A DNA stretch of 35,810 nt from Rhizaria sp. SCN 62-66. Lineage: Eukaryota. The notes under the pieces were generated by a model. That model did not search any database. It saw only the letters and a program-made list of their open reading frames with translations, and was not told the origin of the DNA. Shown one piece after another: positions 23,136-32,496 of this stretch. The translations under genes were made by a program, and so were the position numbers. Every line of letters starts with the position of its first letter. Positions within the stretch are counted from its first letter, which is position 1. Where the stretch lies: NCBI GenBank assembly GCA_001724265.1, contig MEDY01000315.1, positions 1 through 35,810 on the forward strand. Direction: 5' to 3'.

Positions 23136-24070
23136 AGTGTTGCAGAGGTGTTACAGTTCGAGCCTGAAAAGCAGAGCGACCCGCATCCGCGCAACATGCA
23201 CTTTGCAACTGGTCGCCGTGTGCGTGGACCACCACGCTTGACGTAAACTGAAAGTGGGTGAGATAAAATGAGTGACATTGTGCATATCGAGCAGTAAAGT
23301 AACCCTGTTGATGCGCACAGTTGAAAATACACGATGAATAGGAGCAGAGACATTAGTATTTGATTCACGAATAGATTAAAGCTGCTCATATATAGTAGGC
23401 AGTTTATTTCGTGTTGAGATTTTTCCTCGAGGCGAATACCACTTGAATATGGAACGCTCGCGTTCTCAACTGCCTGACTCTGCCCACGGTCTTCGCTGAC
23501 CGTGGCCAGTTGGCCGACTGAGCTGGCACGCGATCAGGACTGACCGAGGAGTGAAGCAAAAGCCAAGAACGCCTGATCAACGTTTATGTGTGAACCTACA
23601 ACTGATATATTTGGGGAGATACTTTTGCTTGACTATTTCCCCAAATTTGTACACCTTGACATTTCGGCTATGTGCATGTACTCGACGCGAACTTGGAAGG
23701 GCTGGCGCGTGCGCCTCGAACCGGCTCAAATCTACCGCGTTTTCGTCGTGTATATGAACACGCGCTAGGTTATTTCAGAGCTGTTGGAATATAACGGTCT
23801 CTGTTATATATTGCTTAACTGACGTCAAGATCAGAAACTGCGATTTGTGTCGTCGTTTCGTGTCTTGAATGCGCACGCGAGGACGAAACACAGTTTTGCA
23901 TTCTCTCGTTTTCCAACACTGATTTCGCGCATAATTCCCGCTCGCCTCATACTGCCTATGAATAATTCATGCTTCCATACCGCCGAAATATTACACCACG
24001 CACTTACTTCCTATTCTATCGACAATTCCACGCGTGCAATCGATTTTTCTACAGCAACCACCCCGCCAAG

Positions 24071-25210
24071 ATGTCCGCCCCTGCTGCGCTCGACACCGCG
24101 ACCCTCGAGAAGTTCCGCAAGATCACCGCCATGACCTACAAGGAGCAGGCCGTGTTCTACCTCAACGCCTTCTGGAAGGACGGCGCCGAGGCCGAGGCTG
24201 AGTCTGTCTGGAAGACCATGCACGACTTCATCGCTGTCGACCACGCCAAGGGCAAGAACGGCAACCAGCTCGACGAGGTCCTCTCTCACCACTACCTCCA
24301 GAAGGTCGGCCGCACCCTGACTGCGATCGAGCTGCGCCAGGAGCTCCGCAAGATCGACCTCGACGCCAATGGCGAGATGGCTCTTGCTGAGTACCTCATC
24401 TTCCGCGCCGGCCAGACCGGCACCCCCCGCGAGGTGATCGCTCTCATCAACAACCCCCAGGGCGGTGAGGCCAACCCCGAGGAGCTCGTGGCGGCGCAGA
24501 ACCAGCTCGACGCGCTCACCAAGGCCTTCGAGGAGCTCCAGGTGCAGCTCGACCAGCAGAAGGAGCTCGAGGCTGCGTCCCGCAAGGCCTCAGCCGATGC
24601 CGTTAAGGTCGAGGCCGCCGCCGTGGCCGCCGAGCGTGTCGCCAAGGACGCCGAGGCGCAGGTGCGCGCCGCCGAGCAGCTGGTCCGCGACGCCGAGGCC
24701 GAGGCCGTGGCTGTGGACGCCGCGCTCAAGGCCGAGCAGGACGCCTATACTGGCGAGATGGCGCGCCTCGAGGCCATCACCAAGGACGACTCCGCAGGCA
24801 TCGTCAAGCGCAACACCGCCGTCCAGGACCTCGCTCGCATGAAGGGCGCCGACCCGCTCCCTCTGCAGCGCGCCAAGATCAACCAGGAGGCGCAGGTCCG
24901 CAAGGTCCAGCGCGCGCGCAAGGCGGCCGAGGAGAAGACTGCTGAGGCCGCCGAGAAGACGGCCGAGGCCGTTGCTCAGCGCGAGCACGCCGTGCAGGCG
25001 CGCCACGCCGCCGAGGCTGCCGCAGCCGCCGCGGAGGAGCAGACCAAGGCCGTCGAGGCGCAGCTGGCCGCCGTGCAGGCGCAGACGGCCGAGGCGGAGA
25101 AGAAGCTCGAGGAGCTTAAGTCGCAGGCCGGTGTTCCCCACGGTGCCATCTGGTGGATGGAGCGCGAGATCCTCGAGAAGAAGCGCTCCCTGCCCCAGCG
25201 CTTCCAGTAA
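24071..25210 (+). CDS. ABP34-like (Dictyostelium 34-kDa Ca2+-regulated actin-bundling family) EF-hand/coiled-coil protein, 379 aa
   Basis: YKEQAVFYLNAFW, LTAIELRQELRKIDLDANGEMALAEYL (EF-hand) and the C-terminal GAIWWMEREI match recalled family motifs. Strong C/G third-position codon bias. TAA stop. Confidence 0.8.
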   Translation: MSAPAALDTATLEKFRKITAMTYKEQAVFYLNAFWKDGAEAEAESVWKTMHDFIAVDHAKGKNGNQLDEVLSHHYLQKVGRTLTAIELRQELRKIDLDANGEMALAEYLIFRAGQTGTPREVIALINNPQGGEANPEELVAAQNQLDALTKAFEELQVQLDQQKELEAASRKASADAVKVEAAAVAAERVAKDAEAQVRAAEQLVRDAEAEAVAVDAALKAEQDAYTGEMARLEAITKDDSAGIVKRNTAVQDLARMKGADPLPLQRAKINQEAQVRKVQRARKAAEEKTAEAAEKTAEAVAQREHAVQARHAAEAAAAAAEEQTKAVEAQLAAVQAQTAEAEKKLEELKSQAGVPHGAIWWMEREILEKKRSLPQRFQ

Positions 25211-25231
25211 GCAAGCCGGCTCTCGTCGCTT

Positions 25232-25259
25232 GCCACTCGCCACTCGCCACTCGCCACTC
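25232..25259 (+). repeat. (GCCACTC)x4 tandem repeat in the 3'UTR of the ABP34-like gene
   Basis: Read directly. Confidence 0.9.
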
Positions 25260-25926
25260 GTCGACCGCAATCACTGCGCGCGTGAGCGAAAACGTGCCCC
25301 AAACCAAACACTCTCTCTTTTTGTACATATATAACCCATTTTTATGATAAAACACATAATACCAATAATACAAATGATTCTTTCATTCTATTGAATGCGA
25401 TAGTGTCATCGTACCTTAACATACTTGCTGCTTAAAATGACTCGTAACGAGTCACATTCAAGCCGAGAAAGCGAGAAATTAGCACTGAGAAAAACACTGA
25501 ATGTGTATTGATTGACCGCAATTGCGGTGATGTTGAAGATGACTAATTAGGGACACGGATCAACATGAACAAGAGGATTCAGTTGTCGTGTTAAAAAAGG
25601 ACTAGATAAAAGTACATAACGAGAGCGTGGTAGCTCTCTTAGGAGTGAGGGTGCATGCGAAGGAGCGGAACTGGCTACAGACAGAAAGGGACACATAGAG
25701 GATCTAATGTGGTGAGTGATGGTAATGATATCAATCAAGAAACACATTAACAAAGCGATACTAAAGTAAACGCCACCCACTGGCCCAGTGCTATCTTGCT
25801 GTACCGATGAGATCAGCGACAGCAACACGCTGCAGTGCAACTGCATCGTTGCCGTGACCAGACCATAGAGCAAGATGACACGCTGTAAGCAAGGGAGTCG
25901 AGTCTACGAAAGAGTCTGTTTGGTTA

Positions 25927-26021
25927 CTAATAAATCAGAGTACGAATACGAATGCCCACGCAACACAGCCCTCAAGGAGCCATGCTGTCGCCTTGGAATA
26001 AATATGATTTCATCAGATTAG
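25927..26021 (-). ncRNA. Box C/D snoRNA candidate with U41/snR51-like LSU rRNA guide
   Basis: Box C (C)TGATGA at 26016-26010, box D CTGA at 25938-25935, flanking CTAAT/ATTAG complement and an internal hairpin CAGCATGGCTC/GGGCTGTGTTG. The guide TTCGTATTCGTACT (25952-25939) is antisense to the recalled LSU sequence CAGUACGAAUAC. Confidence 0.75.
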
Positions 26022-26262
26022 CACGCAAACTAGCAAGCACCATAACAGACGTGTTGATAGGAGTGATATGAGTTTGAAGCAATACGTACAATCGTTCACA
26101 TCGTACTAGCAGCATGACACGGGATATGAGCCTCATTGTTGCTGAGACATTAAATACGGCTAAACAGGAAGTGAAACAAAGGAGATAAGATACAGAATGA
26201 GTATAGATAGTTACAATGACGTCTGCCACATGTCGGTCGAGTGAAAAGAGATTGGTATTGAG

Positions 26263-26344
26263 TCAGATTAAACGCGTATATCAAACCTGCCTACACGTAT
26301 GCGGCAAGATCATAGGATGGTGCATCGTTATGGTTTATCATCAT
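26263..26344 (-). ncRNA. Box C/D snoRNA candidate with U33/snR55-like SSU rRNA guide
   Basis: Box C ATGATGA at 26344-26338 and box D CTGA at 26266-26263 (82 nt). ATGCACCATC (26325-26316), ahead of a putative D' ATGA (26313-26310), pairs with conserved SSU GGUGGUGCAU (10 bp, one G-U). Confidence 0.55.
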
Positions 26345-26471
26345 ATTAACAACAAAAGAAGGGGCACAGAGCGGACAAAAGCAAAGAAATGACAGTTTAA
26401 CTACTAGCGTACCTATATAGTATATTAGTTTGCATCTATCTTTGCTTTGTCAAAGGCGGCATGGAAACTAT

Positions 26472-26845
26472 TTACTTGGAGCCGGGGGTGGTGGTGGCGA
26501 CATAGGGCTTGAACTTGCAGGCCGTGAGGTCGGGGCAAGTGAAGGTCTTCTGGTGGAACTTGGTGTTGTCGATGAGGAAGCGACCATTTTTAGCGAAGAA
26601 ACCCATGGTGGGAGCACCACGACCTATGTTTGGAGGAAAGGTTGAGCAGAGATAGAGTGGGAGATGAGAAGCGTTGGTGGGCGAGCAGGTCCGTTGGGGT
26701 GGATTTGGGATCAAAGACCAAGCACTCGAAGGGCGCAGACAAGACAGCAAAATGACGTACCCTTGTAGAAGCTGTTGTTACCACGCTTGGAGGTGAGGTT
26801 GCCACGAACAACGTTGGCGGCGCGAGCGAGGGACGAACGGAACAT
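26472..26845 (-). CDS. MRPL41: Mitochondrial ribosomal protein mL41 (MRP-L27/MRPL41 family), 78 aa, 2 exons
   Basis: Exons 26845-26761 and 26623-26472 (GTACGT..CATAG intron) give LTSKRGNNSFYKGRGAPTMG...PDLTACKFKPYV, the family signature. TAA stop. Confidence 0.9.
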
Positions 26846-27277
26846 CGTACCTGGACCTGAGTTGGAGCGATCAGATAGGACGTTAGAAAGCGGGCAAGTG
26901 TGAGAACAAGGCAAATGTGGTTATTATTTCTACATTCTATGTTGCACAATCTACCAGCAACACGGACTAATTTGTTAAACAAATGATACAGCAGCTTAGT
27001 ATGCCTCTCCGAAGATCGTGCTCATCTCTTCTCGTGCGCCAACCCCCGCGGCCTAACTTCAGCAGGACCAAGCCAGACCGACGACTGACGGACCGAGTGA
27101 CTGTGAGAGAGCCTGTCCGTCCCGCCCTCGGTGTGTGGGCAATGAGGAGCACTTTGCAGATCGGCTCCTGGTGTTGAACAATCGTTGATTTGGTCGTCGA
27201 TTGACTCCTCGATCTAGATTGGTCTTTTGTTTCGGGCCTTTCAATTTTGTATTGTGTAGTGATCACCCCGACGTACT
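26846..27277. promoter_or_regulatory. Divergent promoter region between mL41 and the TBL1-like gene
   Basis: Start codons are head-to-head, 432 bp apart. No specific sites identified. Confidence 0.4.
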
Positions 27278-30200
27278 ATGGCTTCTCTGACGAGCGACGA
27301 GCTCAACTATGTCATCCTCCGCTACATGCTCGAGTCTGGTACGTCCCACCACTGCAATTTCCACCTCAGCCACACTGCACCACATTAGGACTTTTCTCCA
27401 TGTCATTTTTCGCAGAGCCCGCTGCCCGCCATGTGCTCACTTGTCCGTCTTCTTCCGTTCTGTGACCCCCGCGCGACATCTTGCATCGTGACTTTCGCCC
27501 GTTGCTAATTTGCACAGGCTTCGTGCACTCTGCGTACACGTTCTCGCATGAATCCTTCGTGCTCAAGTCAAACATTAACACTATGGAGGTTCCCACGGGC
27601 GCTCTCGTCTCTTTCGTGCAAAAGGGCCTTCAGTACGCCGAAATTGAGGCGCACGTGAACGAAGACGGCTCCCGCGTCGCCTGCGACTCTGAGTTCTCGC
27701 TCGTCGCGCCCCACGTCTGCCAGCCCGCCCTTCGTCGCGCCGCCGGTGCGCCGTACGACCCCCTGGACGCGGACTACGGCACGCTCGAGGTCGACGCCGC
27801 GGACCGCTACACGCTGCCCGCGCACAAGGCGCTTGCGCTGGCGTGCGCGTGGCACCCCGCGCGGCCGCTGCTCGCCACCGCGGCCGCCGACGGCACGGTG
27901 CGGCTGTGGGACTTCGGGCCCGAAGTGCTGGCCGCCGTCGCTGCGGGCGGCTCGCACGCGTTGGCCGCGCTGGGTGAGGCCGAACTGCACCGCCGCACGC
28001 TCGCCGTGCTCGCCGCCTCCCACTCGCTCACTCCCACCGCCGTCGCACCCGCGGCCGCCGCCGCCGCGATGGATGCGGTCGGCAGCGCGTGCGCCCGCGG
28101 GGCGTACACGTTCACCGTGACCCCCACGGCCCCCGCGGGCTCGGCCGCCGCCGCCGCGCTCGCCGCCGCCGCCGCCGGTGCCGACGGCATCGACATCGTC
28201 CCGACCCACACCGCCAAGCGCTCCCACACCTCTAGCTCGAGCTCTAGCGCCAGCGCTAGTGCCGACGCCGCTGCTGCTGCTGAGGCGGACGTGGTGCTGG
28301 TGCGCCCCCCCGCGGCAGCGGACGCCGTCGTCGCCCTTACCTGGCAGCCCTTTCCCTGCGGCCTCACACTCGCCAGCTCGAGCTCCAGCAGCTCTAGCTC
28401 TAGCTCTGGCGCCGCCATAGGCTCTCAGGCGTCCACGGCGGCGTCCCCGGCGGGCCAGACGTGGCTGCTGGCGCTGGCCACGGCCTCGGGCCGCGTCTGG
28501 CTCACCGCCGTCCCCGCCGCGCCCGCGCCGCCCCAGCTCCTCGGACAGCTCTCAGACTCAGCCAATGCCGGTCAGAGCGCTGCCGCTGCTGCTGCTGCTG
28601 CTGCGGCGGACACGGCTGCGGGTCTGGGTGCGTACAGCCGCCCCGCGCACAGCGGGCCCGTCACGGTGCTGCGGTTCGCCCGCGGCCCGGCCCCTGCGCA
28701 CACGCCGTTCCCCCTCCCCGCGGCTCTCGCGGCGGCCTCCAACAGCAGCACCAGCGCCACCTCAAGCAGCAGCAGCAGCAGCAGCAGCAGCAGTGCGAGT
28801 GCGAGTGAGCGTGAGGCTGGCGAGAGCGTGCTCGTCGAGGCCGAGAGCGCTGCGGACGCCGCCACCGCGCCGCTGCCCCTGCCGCTGCTGCTCACCTGCG
28901 GGCTCGACGGCCGCGCGCGCGTCTGGCGCCTGTATATCACCACGGCCAACAACAACAACAACACGATGCGTATGGCTGCCTCGGTGCGCGACATCACACT
29001 CTCCGCCAGTGCCAGCTGTAGTTCAAGTGCGAGTGCGGGCTCGAGCGCTGTGTCTGCGCAGGTGCTGGACGCTGACTGGCGCGACGAAGCCACCTTTGCC
29101 GTTGCCCTCGCCGCCACCTCTAACAGCAGCAGCAGCAGCGGCAGCGCGGGCTCCGTCGACGAGCTGTCCGCCGGCGGCGGCGCCGTTGTGATCGCGAGTG
29201 CAGCGACGTCGACCCCGCTGCTCGTCCTCTCCGCGGCACACGCCGGCGACGCCACCGCGCTACGCTGGTGTCCCCAGGGCGTGACGCTCGCCACGGGCGG
29301 CGCGGACGGCGTACTGCGGCTCTGGCGGCCGAGGCTGCCCCACGCGCGCGCAGTCGCGGCCCACATGGCGCCCGCCGTCGCAGCCTCCGCCGCCGCCGCA
29401 GTCGCTGCGGCCGCCGCGGGCGCGGGCGCGGGGGCGGGCTCGCAGGCCCTTGTCGCCGCCGCCGTCGCCGAGGCCGCCTCCGCCGCCGCTGCCCCCAACT
29501 CCACTGAGGGCGACGCCGCAGCGAGTGCTGCGGCTGAGGATCCTGCTGCGATCGCGGCCGCGGTCGCCGCGTCGGCCGCCTCGCTGCCGCCGCTGCCGCT
29601 CGTGGTGGCGCAGGCCGCGCGCGCCGCGCCTAACGCGGGTGGGCCCCGGGCCGTGCTGACGGGCCACGCGCGCGGTATCACCACTCTCCGCTTCCAGGTA
29701 TGCACTTTAACGCAATATATCTCGATTATGTGAAAAATATTCGGAAGTTCAGGAGTGTATTTCAGAATATATTTGTGATATCCACCCGTGCGGTTTATTT
29801 TGCGTCATTTCACTCACGTTTAGTGTTATTGTATGACAATTCTGTGCTTTTGCTTACTTTTTCTTCCCTCTCATAGGACCCCGGACCGCTGCCCCGGGAC
29901 GCGCTGGTCGTGGCGCCCGACTGGCGCGCTCTCGCCGCCGCCGAGCTCCGCGCCGTGGAGCGCGCCGACGCCGCTGTGGCCGAGACCGCCGCGGCCGCGA
30001 CCGCCGCCGCGGCCGCCGCTGAGGCCGCCGCCGCCGAGGCCGAGTCTACCGCTGCTACCGCCGCCGCTGAGCCGAAGCCCGAGTCAAAGACCGAGAGCAG
30101 CGGCGACTCCGCCGCCGCGACCGCGATGACTGACGACGCCGACGCCGCCACCGCCGTCGCCGCTGCTGCCGAGGCGGCGGCCGCTGCCAGCCCGGCCGCC

Positions 30201-30725
30201 GCCGCCGCGCAGGCCGCGCAGACCGCGCTGGAGTCGGCGTCCGCGGCCGCCGCCGCCGCCGCCGAGGCCGCCGCGGAGGCTGTGGAGGACCGCACGCGCC
30301 ACGGCTACGTTTCCCTGGCGATGCCGGCGCCTGTCGCCGGTCTGCGGCTTGCATCGGCGTCCTTAGACACGACTGTGCGCGTGTGGGACGCGGTGTACGG
30401 CGACTGCGCCGCGCTGCTGACGCGCCATGCGCACCCTGTGACGGCGCTGGCATGGGCGCCCGCCGTGCCCGTGGCCGTCGCCGCCGCGGCCGAGGGCGCG
30501 GACGAAGCCGCCGACGCCGACGCCGGCTTTGGGTACGGGTTCGTCTCCCCGGGACTGCTGGCGACGGTGTCGCACGAGCGCGTGCACGTCTGGGCGGTCA
30601 ACGAGGCGTCGGTGGTGCGCACGCTCCGCACGAGCGCGCCCGCCACCGACGTCGCGTGGGCCGGCGGGCAGGTCGCGTGCACGGCCACCGACGGCAGTCT
30701 CTACGTCTTTGACGGCAACGTCTGA
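27278..30725 (+). CDS. TBL1: TBL1/TBL1XR1/HOS15/Sif2-like LisH + WD40 co-repressor subunit (1,029 aa, 3 exons)
   Basis: Exons 27278-27338, 27518-29697 and 29877-30725 join in frame. LisH region MASLTSDELNYVILRYMLESGFVHSAYTF...VPTGALVSFVQKGLQYAEIE. WD repeats LLATAAADGTVRLWD, LATGGADGVLRLW and LASASLDTTVRVWD. TGA stop. Confidence 0.9.
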
Positions 30726-31242
30726 GCGCGCGGCGTTGCGGGTGCATTTGCGATGGTTTGTCAGTTTTGAGTGAGCTTGACGAAGTGAAGTGGTGGTGAT
30801 TGAGTATGATTATATTGGGATGTACTGTATGAATAGGGCCACATGCACGTTTGTAATATGTGCGAATGTCAGATATATAATAAACAAGGACTTTTATTCA
30901 AATCAAGAATGATCTGCGCATGTTAGCTCTTGTTCGAGTGTTTTCACCACAAATTATCGGAACAGATGTGTGGTCGGTCGACGGTTGGATGGGTCTAGCT
31001 TCTCATGAAGATTCACACTCGAGATATCGTGTGTTAGAGATGCTACTAATTGCCCGCACTTCGTGCGCCGGAACTAATTTAATATTTCTTTTGCATGTTA
31101 GATCTTCTCATGCATATCCTAACTAAGACCCTTGCATTGTCCCTCACTGACCCCATCCAAACCTTTTCTCTGGCTCTCTCCTGCTCACACCTGGCACTCT
31201 TATTTCACACATTCTCATATCTACTTGTGCATAGACACCAGC

Positions 31243-32076
31243 ATGGACCAAATCAAGACGCTGTTCCCGAAGTTCAAGGCGGCCGCGGAGGCCTCCAGCC
31301 CGAACGTGGCTGAGGCGACCGCTGTGCTGACCGAGCTCAAGAAGGCCATCGTTTCCCTCAAGCTCGCGCTCGCTTCCCCGGCCGCCATCGCCGCCAAGGA
31401 CGCCACCCTGGCCGCACAGGCCGCCGCGGCGCGCGATGTGTTTGAGTCTGCCTCGTATTTCTCCGCCAAGACCGGCGACGCCGCCGGCTTCGAGCGCCAC
31501 TTCCTCCAGCTCAAGCCCTTTTACTCTCTCTTCGCACCCCTGCTGCCCGCGTCAGCACACCGCCTCCCGCTCACGGGCCTCTTCCTGCTCTACCTCGTCT
31601 CGGCGCAACCCGCGCGCCTGGCCGAGTTCCACTCGGAGCTGGAGCAGCTGCCCGCGGCCGACGTGAAGGACGGCAACGTCGCCTTCGCCTTCAACCTCGA
31701 GCGCGCGCTCATGGAGGGCTCTTACACCACGGCGCTCGCGCTCCGCTCTGCGCTGCCGCTGCCCGCGCACGGTGCCGCGTTTTTCGACATGCTCGAGGGC
31801 TCCGTGCGCACCAAGGTTGCTGACTGCATCGAGGTCGCGTACGTCAGCTACCCGATTGCGCGGCTCGGCGCGGCGTTGGGCCTTGCGTCCGACTCCGCCG
31901 TGACCGCGTTTGTGGCGCAGCGCGGGTGGAAGGTCGAGGGCGGCCGTGTCGTGTTCCCCGCGGCCGGCGCTGGCGCGGACGTGGATGCCGCGGCCGAGGG
32001 CGGGGCCGTGGCGCGCCGCGAGAAGGACATGAGCAAGCTGCTCGATATCGCCACCCGCATCGAGCGCATCGTCTAA
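31243..32076 (+). CDS. RPN12: 26S proteasome lid subunit Rpn12/PSMD8 (277 aa)
   Basis: ARDVFE, FERHFLQLKPFY, GLFLLYLV, LAEFHSELE, LERALMEGSY, KVADCIEVAY and terminal IERIV followed by TAA. Confidence 0.92.
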   Translation: MDQIKTLFPKFKAAAEASSPNVAEATAVLTELKKAIVSLKLALASPAAIAAKDATLAAQAAAARDVFESASYFSAKTGDAAGFERHFLQLKPFYSLFAPLLPASAHRLPLTGLFLLYLVSAQPARLAEFHSELEQLPAADVKDGNVAFAFNLERALMEGSYTTALALRSALPLPAHGAAFFDMLEGSVRTKVADCIEVAYVSYPIARLGAALGLASDSAVTAFVAQRGWKVEGGRVVFPAAGAGADVDAAAEGGAVARREKDMSKLLDIATRIERIV

Positions 32077-32496
32077 GTACTCTTCGCACAGTCTCAGTCT
32101 AAGGGGGTCCTTAGTCAAACCGGTGCCCGTAAGATGATGCTATAGCTAACTAGATGTTATGGTCGCGTGTGCTTGTTTTCCAGAGAAAACGAGAATGTGA
32201 GCTGAGTCGCTGCCGTAACACAGGAGCGAACGATGCGAGTGATACGGGACAGCAAAAACAATATTTCATTTCAATTGTTTGATTAACAACAGTAGTAGCA
32301 ATGTTAACGTAGAATTGAACATATATTCCAATATCTCCCAAAGAAACATAAACAATACACATGATAAATAGTGACGTTCGATGCACAAATTATTGTTTTA
32401 TGATTATTACGTTGGCCATAGGGTCATTGGCCATACTGACTGACAGAACAGATTGTTAAATAGGAGTTTCATTCGCACTCGCATTCAAGCTCACAC

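Larger units (their letters stand above)
25675..26412 (-). other. Putative 3'UTR introns of the mL41 transcript: 26412-26160, 26089-25883 and possibly 25780-25675
   Basis: Donors AG|GTACGC, GTACGT and (weaker) GTGGGT. Pyrimidine-rich acceptors CTTCCTGTTTAG, CCCTTGCTTACAG and TTTCTGTCTGTAG. No credible ORF across the intervening exons. Confidence 0.6.

Noticed and set aside
23145-23170. GTTCGAGCC T-loop-like motif (possible suppressor tRNA)
   Set aside because: No acceptor stem, D arm or anticodon arm could be formed; no tRNA was found in the window.
23586-23822. 60-aa ORF ending in TAG and extendable by 17 codons
   Set aside because: AT-rich codon usage unlike the real genes, no motif, and it overlaps the hairpin cluster; not counted as evidence for the code.
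25547-26229. Minus-strand ORFs of 108 and 85 aa
   Set aside because: They cross the predicted 3'UTR introns and a snoRNA; no consistent spliced protein could be built.
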